Made by a program: the position numbers and the translations under genes. From a virus: DNA of 50,169 bases. A model generated the notes under the pieces. The model was not told where the DNA came from, ran no database searches, and was given only the letters and a program-made list of their open reading frames with translations. This document shows, one piece after another, positions 22,858 through 32,062 of the stretch. The DNA lies in IMG/VR virus record IMGVR_UViG_3300037311_000346, one strand, 5' to 3'. Each line of letters starts with the position of its first letter. The first letter of the stretch is position 1.

Positions 22858-25800
22858 TGAGCACCTCCTGGACAGCCATCTCCACGCGATAGACCTGGGA
22901 GCCGCTCTGCGACGCGACGCGCTCGGCGCGGATCGACGGCGACGCGAAGACGTACTTGCGGGCAGAGAGGAACTCGAGCGCGTCGCCCGCGTCGAGGTTG
23001 AACGGCGTTTCCGATCCGAGCCGGTCGAACTGCGCCTGAAGCGCGGCGAGCTCGGCTCCCGAGACGAAGCCGGTGAGCGTCCACCCGTCGCGCACGCGCG
23101 TCTGCATCGAGCCGCGCCGGTAGCGCCCGGAGACCATCGACGACTGCGCGCCGCGCGACGTCGCGATCCGCACGGCCTCCCAGGACGGCGAGAGCGCGAC
23201 CGTCTCGACCGGCCCGTCGTTTTCGGCCGGCCAGGGCAGAGAAGGCACGTCCTCGATCGGAATCACGTCCTCGGTCACCAGGTCGAGCTGCACCCACGCG
23301 CGGCAGCGCACGGTCCCGCCCGGTTCCAAGACGATGCCCTCGCGTCCGGCGACGATGCGCTGCGCCGACCGATCGACGACGCGCGCCGCGGTTCCGAGCG
23401 TGGTCACGCCCTCGACCGGCTGCACGTCGAACGCGATCGGCGTCGAGTTCAGCTTCCCCTCGATCACGACCGGCCCGTCGGAGCCGTCGAAGAGCTGGTC
23501 GTAGACCGTCATCTCGAGGTCCACGGGCGTCTCGATCGCAACCCCGGCGGCCGAGAAAGTCGCGAGCCGGACGTCGACGAGGTCGGCGCCGAGACGCCAG
23601 AGCTCGCCGGAGAAGACGCCCGCGGCGAGTTTCAGCTCGAGCCGGTAGCCGACGAACGTCCCGGGCGATCCGGAGAGGTACACGCCGCGCGCGATGAGCC
23701 CCGCGACGCCCGTCGTAGCGCCGGTCGAGAAGACGAAGGTGCCGACCCGCCGCTGGCTCTTGAGGCTGTCGGCGGGTCGTTGGTAGAGCTCGCGCCCCGG
23801 AGTGTTTGCCGAGGCGACCGCGATCGCCTCGTCGGCGGCGTCATACGCGAGGCCGTAGCCCGGAACGAGCTGCAGGCCGTAGCCGCCCGCGTCGCCCGGG
23901 AAGGCCGACGAGAAGTCCCTCCAGAAGACGCCGAGGACGGACCGCACGCGGCAGAGGCTGCCGACCCGGCCGGTCCAGTCGTCGGCCCACAGGAGGTCCT
24001 CCGAGTCGCCGTCGAGCACGCGGAAGCTCGAGCACAGCGCGCCGTAGGCCGCCGTGTTTCCGTTGACGAGCTGAAGCAGGTCGCCGACGACCGCGACGGC
24101 GTCCACGCCGCTCGGGTACTGCCCGCCGGTCAGGTCCGCCTCGAAGACGGTCGTCCACTCCTCGGCCTCGACGACCTGGTAGCCGGGCGTTGGGTTCAGC
24201 GCGACCGGCGTCGGGCCACGCGGCGCCGCGCCGTCGCCGGCAACGATCGAAGCGCCGGCGGCCTGCACAAGGCCAGCCGCCGCCTTGGCCGTGCTCGTCG
24301 ACTCGCCGACGTAGCGCCGCGCCCCGCGCACGCCGCCAGCGACCGAGCCGATCTGGTGCGACGTCTCGTAGACCGCGAGCCCGCCGTCGCTCGCGGCGAC
24401 CCAATCGGCGAAGAGCGCCACGACGAGAGCCTCCATGTCCGCGTGCCCCATCGCTCCGAGCGCGTTCGCGAGCTCCGTCGAATCGGCGGGCGTCAGGCGC
24501 GGCCCGAGAGCGTAGGCGGCGAGTCCGAGCCCGTACGAGGCCTGGAGGAGCGCGCGCTGCGCCGCGACGTGCCCGGCGGTCGTCGCGCGCTCGGCGTCGA
24601 GTGCCGCGACGATGTCCTCGGGGGTGTCGGTCAGGTCGACCATCGCCTCGTCAAAGTCCGGGACCTGGCAGGCGAGCGCAACGATCTGCGCGCTCGGCGC
24701 CGTCCCGAGAACCGCCTCGGTGACGTCGGTCTCGCTCGCGCGCGTCGAGACCACAAAACGCAGCCGCCCGAGCTGCGCGTCGACGTCGAAGGTCTCGCGG
24801 GCGATCGCGAAGACCTCCTCCGCGAGCTGCCCAGCGCCCATCCACTGCGCGACCTCCGGGTCGGCGTCGAGCGGCGTCCCGATTACCTGCCCGTCGGTGA
24901 CGGAGCCGTGCGGCGTCGCGTCGTTGCCGCGCTTCCAGGCCTCGAGCGCCGAGAGCCCGGCGCCGGCGACCGGCACCCAGACGCCCGGGTTCGTCGGCAG
25001 GTCCTCCTGGTAGGCGGCGCGCCACGGCTCGTGCCCGCGCTCGACGTAGACGAGGAGGCTCGGGTCGAGCTCGTCGCGGACGCGCGCGAAGACGCTCTCG
25101 AGCGCCGCGTCGGTGAGTCGCTCGGGGACCGCGAGCCAAAGGTCACGGGCGAAGAAGCTGGAGAACGCGAGGACCTGCCCGAGCGGCACGCCCGCCGCGC
25201 CGGTCCAGAAGAGGGAACCGTCGGGCGCGAGGTCCGCGAAGTCCTCGGCCTCGCTCGTCTCGACTCGCAGCGCGCCTGCCCACCGGAGCACCCGGTTGTG
25301 GATGCCGAGCTCCTCCGCCGCGGCGATGTCCCAGATGCTCGAGTCGATCGCGCCTTCGTCGTCCTCGTGGTAGCAGCGAAGCCCGGTCGGCGGATCGGAG
25401 GGCGTGAGCGCGACGATCGCGAGGTGCACGCCGTCGGCCGATGGCGTCGCGACCTCGAAGGAGATCCGCCCGGAAGCGAGCTGAACGAGCGACGCGCCGT
25501 CGTTCGCGACTTCCCAGGTCACGGGCCCGCCCGTCCACTCAACGAAGTAGGTTCCTGCGCGGTAGGACGGGAGCGGCGACGAGTCGACGCCGGCGGCGAG
25601 GTGGCCGCGGAAGAGCGCCGTCGCGATCCGCTGCCCGCTGGCGACCGCCGTCGGCATCCCGTTTGCGTCCTGCGCGACCGGCGTCCCGTTGTCGACCAGG
25701 TTCTTGGCGCCCGCTGCGGTCTCGGAGACCCAGGGCAGCGCCCCGTGGAAGGCATTCCGCGACAGCCGCACGAGCGCGCTGCCGGCGTCGATCGGCCCGA

Positions 25801-26494
25801 CGTTGTAGCCGATCGCGGAGGCTCCCGGAGCGGCCTGCGCTCCGACGGTCTGAGCGACCGGCTCCTGCCAGACGGTGTCGCGGACCTGCGCGAGGACGTG
25901 CGCCGTCGAGAGATCGTCGGAGTCGACGAGCAGCCGGAAGGTCACCGGCTGGAACATGCTGCCCTCGTACTCGAGGAGCGCGGCGGTCTCCGCGAGCACC
26001 GTCTCGGCGTTCGTCGTCCCGTTGTACCGCGTCAGCTTGAAGCGGAACTGCCCCGGCGTGCCGAGGCCCTGCGCGTAGAACAGGAGCGCGCTCTGGCAGT
26101 CGGCGAACGCCGCGTAGCCGTTCGTCGAGCTCGACGTCGGGCCTCCGCACGCGACCCGGGCTGCGACGCCCATCTTGCGGACGTTCGCCGTCGTGATCGT
26201 CCCGAGCGCCGTCGCCCACTGGAGCGAAGCCTGGACGTCGACAAGCCGGCCGAGGTTCTCGATCCAGGGGACGATCGCGCCGTTGAGAGGCGTGAGGAAG
26301 CTCGGGTTCGGGTTGGCGAAGAGCACGCCGCCGAAGCCCAGCACGTCGAGGCCGGAGATCGGGACCGCCTCGACCCAGCCGTTGGCGGTGCCGACGTCCA
26401 TCCGCAGCCCGAAGTAGAGCGCCGGTAGCGTCGGCATCCCGGAGGAGGCCGTGAAGTCAGACCACGAGAGATCGCGCGGCAGGCCGGAAGCCAT
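22847..26494 (-). CDS. Giant tail protein (1215 aa) occupying the gpM/distal-tail position
   Basis: Track ORF 22847..27298 trimmed to ATG 26494, which shares 1 nt with the TMP stop. Normal composition throughout. Internal LRWAG / LWLAVP / LLVYVERGHEPW pattern. The last ~86 aa resemble the 32063..32413 product. Confidence 0.7.
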   Translation of the reverse strand: MASGLPRDLSWSDFTASSGMPTLPALYFGLRMDVGTANGWVEAVPISGLDVLGFGGVLFANPNPSFLTPLNGAIVPWIENLGRLVDVQASLQWATALGTITTANVRKMGVAARVACGGPTSSSTNGYAAFADCQSALLFYAQGLGTPGQFRFKLTRYNGTTNAETVLAETAALLEYEGSMFQPVTFRLLVDSDDLSTAHVLAQVRDTVWQEPVAQTVGAQAAPGASAIGYNVGPIDAGSALVRLSRNAFHGALPWVSETAAGAKNLVDNGTPVAQDANGMPTAVASGQRIATALFRGHLAAGVDSSPLPSYRAGTYFVEWTGGPVTWEVANDGASLVQLASGRISFEVATPSADGVHLAIVALTPSDPPTGLRCYHEDDEGAIDSSIWDIAAAEELGIHNRVLRWAGALRVETSEAEDFADLAPDGSLFWTGAAGVPLGQVLAFSSFFARDLWLAVPERLTDAALESVFARVRDELDPSLLVYVERGHEPWRAAYQEDLPTNPGVWVPVAGAGLSALEAWKRGNDATPHGSVTDGQVIGTPLDADPEVAQWMGAGQLAEEVFAIARETFDVDAQLGRLRFVVSTRASETDVTEAVLGTAPSAQIVALACQVPDFDEAMVDLTDTPEDIVAALDAERATTAGHVAAQRALLQASYGLGLAAYALGPRLTPADSTELANALGAMGHADMEALVVALFADWVAASDGGLAVYETSHQIGSVAGGVRGARRYVGESTSTAKAAAGLVQAAGASIVAGDGAAPRGPTPVALNPTPGYQVVEAEEWTTVFEADLTGGQYPSGVDAVAVVGDLLQLVNGNTAAYGALCSSFRVLDGDSEDLLWADDWTGRVGSLCRVRSVLGVFWRDFSSAFPGDAGGYGLQLVPGYGLAYDAADEAIAVASANTPGRELYQRPADSLKSQRRVGTFVFSTGATTGVAGLIARGVYLSGSPGTFVGYRLELKLAAGVFSGELWRLGADLVDVRLATFSAAGVAIETPVDLEMTVYDQLFDGSDGPVVIEGKLNSTPIAFDVQPVEGVTTLGTAARVVDRSAQRIVAGREGIVLEPGGTVRCRAWVQLDLVTEDVIPIEDVPSLPWPAENDGPVETVALSPSWEAVRIATSRGAQSSMVSGRYRRGSMQTRVRDGWTLTGFVSGAELAALQAQFDRLGSETPFNLDAGDALEFLSARKYVFASPSIRAERVASQSGSQVYRVEMAVQEVLNGS

Positions 26495-29175
26495 CAGACC
26501 CTCCCGATCGCGCGCCGGAAGCTCGCGTCCGTCGTGAGGCGAGCGGCGATCGTGCGGACGAGGCCGCCGGCGTTGCGCTCGAAGACGCGCGTCGCGTCTG
26601 CGCCGTCGAGCGCCTGGACCGTGACGTTCATCTGGAGAACGATCGGCGTCCCGCGGCCGCCGCCCTTGAACTCGACCGGCACGGCGCCGTTGGGCATCGG
26701 CACGATGGCCTCCTCGTGCTGGCCCTCGCCGGCGACGAAGAGCTGCGGCGACGAGACGACGCCGCCGCCGGCGTAGGCGTGGAACGGCAGCCCCTGAGCA
26801 GCGGCGAGCGCGGGACCGTTGGCGAGCGCCGAGAGTCCCTGCCCCACGGGCTCGACGGGCCCCGAGGCGACGCCGCCACCCGCGAAGCCGAAGACGCCGA
26901 AGAGGCCGTTCAGGCTCCCGCCCGTCAGGCCGCCGATGACGGCCGCCTGGATCGCCGCGCGGATCAGGTCCGCGAGGATCGCCTGCGCCAGGTCGCGCAC
27001 GTTGATCGCGGCGAGGTCGGCCGAGAGCGCCGCCTCGGCGAGCGCGTCGGCGAAGCCCCCAACGGCTCGATCGCCGACTCCGGCCAGGGCGCGGCCGAAC
27101 TCGCCGGTGGTCGCGGTGCTCCGCGCCTTCGCCTCCTCCTCGCGCTCGACGCGGTCGACGAGCAGCAGGAGCCGGTCCGCCTGCTCGGCCGTCAGCCGGT
27201 TTTCGGCCGCGAGCAGCTCGAGCCGCGAGCGTTCGGTCGCCGCCCACTGCTCGATCGCCGCGATCTGCTCGTCGACGGTCGGCGTGACCCGCCCCCACAG
27301 CTCCTGGTACTCCGCGGCGAAGAGCGCCGACTGCGCCGCGGCCTCCTGCTGCGCCGCCGCGGCGCGCGCGAGGACGCGCTCCGTGACGTCGGCCAGGACC
27401 TCCAGCGGCGAACGCGCTACCTCCAGGCCGGCCGCCACGCCCTCGCCGACCGCCTGTCCGATCGCCTCGCCGCCCTCGCGAGCTGCCGCGCGCTGCCTTT
27501 CGAGGCCCTCGAGGATCGCGTCGGTGTCGCCAAACGCCGAGAACGCGCCCGCCAGGGCGTCGAAGCCGAACCCCGAGACCAGCTCCTCCCGGAGCCGGGC
27601 CAGCTCAAGGGTCCTCGGGAGGATCGCCGCGCCGACGCCATCCCGCGTCGCCGCCGCGCTCCGAGCCGCCGCGTCGGCTGCCTCCTCGGCGCGATCGGCG
27701 AAGCCGAGCAGCTCGTCCTCGAAGCCGCGGATCTGCTCGCGCAGCCCGTCGGAGAAGTTGGACGGCGGCGAAGCTCCCAGGGCGCGTCGGGTTTCCTCGA
27801 TCAGGCCGACCGCCCGGCGCACGTTCTCCGCCAGCTCGTCCCGACCGAGAAGCTCGGCGGCGGCGCCGGCCGCCCGCAGAGCGTCCACCTGGAGCTCGCG
27901 GTACTGCTCGAAGACTCGCGGGACCTCGCCGGCGAGAATATCGACGAGCGACTCGAGGCCCGCGACGAACACTCCGACCCCAGCCGCGCTGAGCGCCATG
28001 GCACGCGCGAACGTCGCCACGCGCTCCCTTGCGCCGGACTCGAGCAGCCTGAAGAACGCCTCGAGGTAGCCCGAGAGCGCCTCGGCCGCAATCTCGAGCT
28101 GCAGGAAGACGGTCCGGCCGAAGAGCCCGAACCCTCGGAGCGCGAACTGCGCGACCTCCGCCGCGCCAGCGATCCGCACCATGACGACCTCGATGCCGCC
28201 GGCCTCTTCGATCCACGCCGCAGCAACGCGCGCGGCCTCGCCGAAGCCGACGATCACGGTCTCCGCGCCGCGCGTGACAGCGTAGAGGCCGACCTCGATC
28301 AGCTCGAGGACCTGGTCAAGGCCTCCGAGATCGCCAACGGCCGACTGCAGCGCGAGCACGAGCTCGCGCCCGAGCTTGGCGGTGAGGTCGTCGACCGCCG
28401 CTTCTCCGGCCTTCAGCATCTCCTCGAACTCGTCTCCCGATCGCAGCGTCTCGCCCTGCGCGTCGGCCGTTTGCCGGAGGATCACGGACAGGCGCGCCAG
28501 GACCTTCTCCTGCTCCGTCGCCGCGTCGACGCCTCCGGCGATGCCGCGCGCAAGAAGCTCCGCCTCCAGCGCCTGCGGCTTGATCACGGCTCCGTAGCGC
28601 CGAAGCGCCTCGGCCGACCCCTGCAGCGCCGCGCGGAGGGCCTCGTACGCCTCGGCGTCCGTCGCGTCGTTGAGACTCGCGATGTCGATCGCGAGCTGCG
28701 TCGCGACGAGCGACAGCTCCGCCGCCTCGTCTCGGGCAAAGCCAAGGGGCACAAACGCGTTCCCGAAGTCGCCGAGGGCGAGCTGGATCTCGCGGAACGA
28801 CCGCTGGTAGGTCGACGCCAGCGCCCGCGCGCGCTCCTCCTGCTCGTCGGCGAACTCGCCGAACACCACGTTGAACTTCGACGTCGCACCCTCGGCGTCG
28901 AGGGCCGCCTTGACGAAGCCGCGGCCGTAGGCGATCGAGGCCGCAGCGCCAACGGTCGTAACGGCGGTCGCGGCGATCGCGGCCGTCCGCGCGATGGACA
29001 CGAGCTCCGTCGTTGCTACGCGCGCGAAGGTTACGAACGACAGCGCAGACCGATCGCCGGCGCGCGCGATCGTCTGCGCTGCGCCCGTCGCCGTTTGCCC
29101 GAGGCTCTGCAGCGCCTTCTCGGCGTTGCCCGTCGCGCGCAGCTCGATCAGGAAGGTCTCGGTGGCCTGAACCAT
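26494..29175 (-). CDS. Tail tape measure protein (893 aa)
   Basis: Ala/Leu/Glu-rich helical protein with hydrophobic AIAATAVTTVGAAASIA. Positioned after the chaperone pair. Gly-rich C-terminus. Confidence 0.85.
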   Translation of the reverse strand: MVQATETFLIELRATGNAEKALQSLGQTATGAAQTIARAGDRSALSFVTFARVATTELVSIARTAAIAATAVTTVGAAASIAYGRGFVKAALDAEGATSKFNVVFGEFADEQEERARALASTYQRSFREIQLALGDFGNAFVPLGFARDEAAELSLVATQLAIDIASLNDATDAEAYEALRAALQGSAEALRRYGAVIKPQALEAELLARGIAGGVDAATEQEKVLARLSVILRQTADAQGETLRSGDEFEEMLKAGEAAVDDLTAKLGRELVLALQSAVGDLGGLDQVLELIEVGLYAVTRGAETVIVGFGEAARVAAAWIEEAGGIEVVMVRIAGAAEVAQFALRGFGLFGRTVFLQLEIAAEALSGYLEAFFRLLESGARERVATFARAMALSAAGVGVFVAGLESLVDILAGEVPRVFEQYRELQVDALRAAGAAAELLGRDELAENVRRAVGLIEETRRALGASPPSNFSDGLREQIRGFEDELLGFADRAEEAADAAARSAAATRDGVGAAILPRTLELARLREELVSGFGFDALAGAFSAFGDTDAILEGLERQRAAAREGGEAIGQAVGEGVAAGLEVARSPLEVLADVTERVLARAAAAQQEAAAQSALFAAEYQELWGRVTPTVDEQIAAIEQWAATERSRLELLAAENRLTAEQADRLLLLVDRVEREEEAKARSTATTGEFGRALAGVGDRAVGGFADALAEAALSADLAAINVRDLAQAILADLIRAAIQAAVIGGLTGGSLNGLFGVFGFAGGGVASGPVEPVGQGLSALANGPALAAAQGLPFHAYAGGGVVSSPQLFVAGEGQHEEAIVPMPNGAVPVEFKGGGRGTPIVLQMNVTVQALDGADATRVFERNAGGLVRTIAARLTTDASFRRAIGRV

Positions 29176-29178
29176 GGG

Positions 29179-29625
29179 CTACTGGGGAGGCTGGAGCCTC
29201 TGCCGCTTCTCCGCGAGGATGCGGCCGCGCTCGAACTCGAAGGCGCGCAGCCCTTCGAGCCAGGCCGGGTCCTGGTCGCGAAGGCCTCCGGCTCTCGGGA
29301 GGATCGCCGACTCGACGGCAAGGCGCCACTCGCGAGCGAGCTCGTGCACCACGCGCGAGACCGCCATGGTCGGGCAGCGGTGATAGACCACCTCGCCCGA
29401 CGGCGCGCCGTTGGTCGAGCACCGCCCGCAGGCGACGCCGACGTCGACGAAGCGGGAGCCGTAGCACCGCGGGCAGGTTGTCGCGAAGACCTCCTGCCCC
29501 TCGGGCGTCGGAGCGTCGCAGCCCCAGGACCGTCGGCGCGCCGCGAACGCCGGATCGCGGCACGTCCCGCACGACGGACTCAGCTCGTCGTTGTACGCGA
29601 GATGGGCTGCGACGAAGGCTCCCCC
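29179..29625 (-). CDS. -1 frame extension of the tail assembly chaperone (gpT-like part of a G-T fusion)
   Basis: The frame is open and GC3-rich from above 29583 down to TAG 29179. There is no ATG/GTG/TTG between 29583 and GTG 29391. It is the -1 frame relative to 29580..30041. Cys-rich: CGTC...CPRC...CGRC...HRC. Confidence 0.6.
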   Translation of the reverse strand, partial: GGAFVAAHLAYNDELSPSCGTCRDPAFAARRRSWGCDAPTPEGQEVFATTCPRCYGSRFVDVGVACGRCSTNGAPSGEVVYHRCPTMAVSRVVHELAREWRLAVESAILPRAGGLRDQDPAWLEGLRAFEFERGRILAEKRQRLQPPQ

Positions 29626-30041
29626 GTTTCGGCCTCCCGCTCGGACTCCTCCGCTCGGATGGCGCGGACGAGCCAGGTCAGGACGTCGAGGTCGAGCATG
29701 CGCTCCAGCGCCTCGCGGGCGACGCGCGGCGCGCCGACGTCGGGATGGACTGCCGTGGGGACGGCGATCGGACGACCCGCGTCGTCCAGCAGGTTGCGGA
29801 TCTCGACCAACGCCGCGGCCGCGGTCTCGACCACGAGCCGGTTGACGGAAGTCTTGATGGCGCGCGAGCGCACGGTCCGATCGTCGCCGATGTCGTGGAC
29901 GAGCTCGGTGCAGCGGTCGTTGAGCAGCGCGACGACCGTCGGCGGGATGCGCTCGACGACGAAGACGGTCTGCTGCTCGGGCGGGAGCGCCGCGTCGTCC
30001 GGGTGGACGAGCTCGCGGCGTTTAGAGGTGGCGGCCCTCAT
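29580..30041 (-). CDS. Tail assembly chaperone (gpG-like, 153 aa)
   Basis: Lies between the major tail protein and the tape measure. Track ORF trimmed to ATG 30041, preceded by GAGGAA. Acidic C-terminus. Confidence 0.7.
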   Translation of the reverse strand: MRAATSKRRELVHPDDAALPPEQQTVFVVERIPPTVVALLNDRCTELVHDIGDDRTVRSRAIKTSVNRLVVETAAAALVEIRNLLDDAGRPIAVPTAVHPDVGAPRVAREALERMLDLDVLTWLVRAIRAEESEREAETGEPSSQPISRTTTS

Positions 30042-30066
30042 CGGTTCCTCGGGGTAGAAGTAGGGA

Positions 30067-30117
30067 GCCCCGAGAGCGCGTGCCTCGGGGCCCCCCATCG
30101 TAGCCGCCGCCGGCTAC
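30067..30117 (-). terminator. Two GC-rich hairpins downstream of the major tail gene, a candidate attenuator or terminator
   Basis: GCCCCGAG/CTCGGGGC at 30067-30091 and GTAGCCG/CGGCTAC at 30100-30117. There is no clean T-tract, only pyrimidine-rich TCCCTACTTCTACC on the minus strand. Confidence 0.35.
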
Positions 30118-30141
30118 GAGTTCACAGCGCGGCGACGCGAC

Positions 30142-31572
30142 TCAGACCGCGAGCAGCGCGATCGCGTCGTTGCGGTCGTACTCGTAGGCCTCGAGGTCGA
30201 GCGTCTCGGTCTGCTTCCCGCCGCGGTCGCCGGTGTTCGCCTGGCGGATGACGACGCGGTCCATCTGGAGGATGAAGGCGTTGCCGGTGCCCGGGGTGCC
30301 CCAGCGCGCGTAGAGCGGGAAGTCGGTTGAGGCGGACGCCTTCGCGTAGAGCGCGAAGACCTCCTCGGGGGCCGACTCCGGGTCCGCCGAGCCGGTGATC
30401 GCGCGGCGGCCGGCAATGGCTTCGGTGATCCCCTCCGAGCTCCGCGCGTCCTCGCGCATCGCCAGGCCCTGCCCCATCGTGATCGAGAGCTCCGCGAGCA
30501 CCGGCTGGAACTCCGCGTTCGCGCCCGCCCACAGCGAGGCGCTGACGAAGCGCGGGGGGACCGCGCCCGAGGTGATCGCGACGTCGTAGGGGCCGGCGTC
30601 GGAGATCGAGTGCACGACGCCCTGGAAGGTGAAGCGCGCGCGCGCCGCCTGTCCCGCGCGCGCCACGATGACGCACTCGCCGCGGCAGCCGCGGAGCACC
30701 TTCTGGAGCCCGTCCTCGATGAGACCGATCGTCAGCGAGAGCCCTCCGACGGGCACCTGCGCCGCGGCGGTGGCCGTTCCGGACAGGCTCTGCGTGCGGT
30801 TGTGGATCGTCTCCGAAGCGGAGAAGCCGTCGCCGTAGAGCAGCTCGTACTGGATCACGGCGCTTGTCGCGAGCACCGTCTCGTAAAGACGCGCCACGGT
30901 CCCGGAGGTTGCGCCTTCGAGGATCGAGCCGCCCGTCCACCCCGACCCGCCGACGACGGACGAGAGGGTCATCTGGTAGACGCCGCGATTGACGTCGTGC
31001 CAGGCGTGGCCCGCGTCGCTCGGCGTCTGCGCGGTGATGCCAAGGATGTTGCCCGCGTATTCGCCCCCGGTGTCGGTCAGGAGGAGCTCCTCGTCGGAGG
31101 ACGTGATCGCGAGCAGCTTCGGCTCGTAGTAGAGCAGCGTCTGGGCTGCCCAGCCGTCGAAGACCGACGCCGCGACGCGGCCGACCGCGCCCGAGACGTC
31201 CGCCTGGAAAAGCTTGCCCTGCTTGAAGACCGTGCCGCTGCTCAGGCCGCCGTGCGTGACCTTCTTCAGGGAGAGGCGGATCTTGCCGCAGGCGCGCAGC
31301 AGGTCGTTGAACGGCGGGAGGTCGGTCACCACGCCCGACTTCGGGCCGGAGAGCTCGACCTCGAACGTGATGGTGCCCTGGCGGATCCCCTGGCGGACGG
31401 GGCGCGCGCCGATCGACGGACTCGCGGCCTCGTCCTCGATCTTGCCAAGGTCGAGCGAGATCGACGGGTTGATGACCCGGATGTTCTGCGCCGAGGCATT
31501 GATCGTGCCCGCGGTCCCGGGCTTCGACTCGGTCACGAAGAGGAGCTGCTTGTTGCGGTTGAGGAGTACCAT
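30142..31572 (-). CDS. Major tail (tube) protein with a large central insertion (476 aa)
   Basis: Positioned immediately before the chaperone/TMP genes. No sheath or baseplate genes are present. Normal composition. Confidence 0.7.
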   Translation of the reverse strand: MVLLNRNKQLLFVTESKPGTAGTINASAQNIRVINPSISLDLGKIEDEAASPSIGARPVRQGIRQGTITFEVELSGPKSGVVTDLPPFNDLLRACGKIRLSLKKVTHGGLSSGTVFKQGKLFQADVSGAVGRVAASVFDGWAAQTLLYYEPKLLAITSSDEELLLTDTGGEYAGNILGITAQTPSDAGHAWHDVNRGVYQMTLSSVVGGSGWTGGSILEGATSGTVARLYETVLATSAVIQYELLYGDGFSASETIHNRTQSLSGTATAAAQVPVGGLSLTIGLIEDGLQKVLRGCRGECVIVARAGQAARARFTFQGVVHSISDAGPYDVAITSGAVPPRFVSASLWAGANAEFQPVLAELSITMGQGLAMREDARSSEGITEAIAGRRAITGSADPESAPEEVFALYAKASASTDFPLYARWGTPGTGNAFILQMDRVVIRQANTGDRGGKQTETLDLEAYEYDRNDAIALLAV

Positions 31573-31584
31573 CGGCGTGCCCGG

Positions 31585-32061
31585 TCAGTTGCAGTTGACG
31601 ATCGCGAACGGGTCGGATCGGTTGAGGTGGGTGTGGAGGTCGACCGTCATCACGGCGCCCGCGCGCGGCGCGTCGCCGCCTCGCAGGAAGCGGTCCACGC
31701 GCCGCCACCGCAGATCGAATAGCAGCGTACCGTCGCCGAAGCTCTCGATCGGCTGCAGCCGTTTCTGCACGTCGGCGACGAAGGCGTTGACGAGACTCTC
31801 GCGCCGCGCGGTCTCGTAGTTGACGAGCGTCAGCTCCAGCGCGACTGAGATGACCGCGAGCACCTGGTTGTAAGAGTCCTGGTGGTCGTACGTCGTCGAC
31901 CCCTGGACCACGACGATCGAGACCGGCTGCGAGAGGTAGTCGTTCGCTTCGTCGTAGCGGACCACCTCGGCGACCGTCGTCACGAAGCCGTTGCTCGCCG
32001 TGATGCCCTGCAGGCGCGCGACGAGCGCGGCCATGATCTGCTCCTCGCCGGAGTCTGCCAC
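31585..32061 (-). CDS. Tail terminator / tail completion protein candidate
   Basis: 158 aa, directly upstream of the major tail gene. The assignment is positional only. Confidence 0.45.
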   Translation of the reverse strand: MADSGEEQIMAALVARLQGITASNGFVTTVAEVVRYDEANDYLSQPVSIVVVQGSTTYDHQDSYNQVLAVISVALELTLVNYETARRESLVNAFVADVQKRLQPIESFGDGTLLFDLRWRRVDRFLRGGDAPRAGAVMTVDLHTHLNRSDPFAIVNCN

Positions 32062-32062
32062 G

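Noticed and set aside
30142-31572. The 476-aa protein as a contractile tail sheath (myovirus).
   Set aside because: No tube gene sits between it and the chaperone/tape-measure pair. There is no baseplate module, and the downstream genes are the lambda-type M/L/K/I/J set. A siphovirus major tail protein with an insertion domain fits better.
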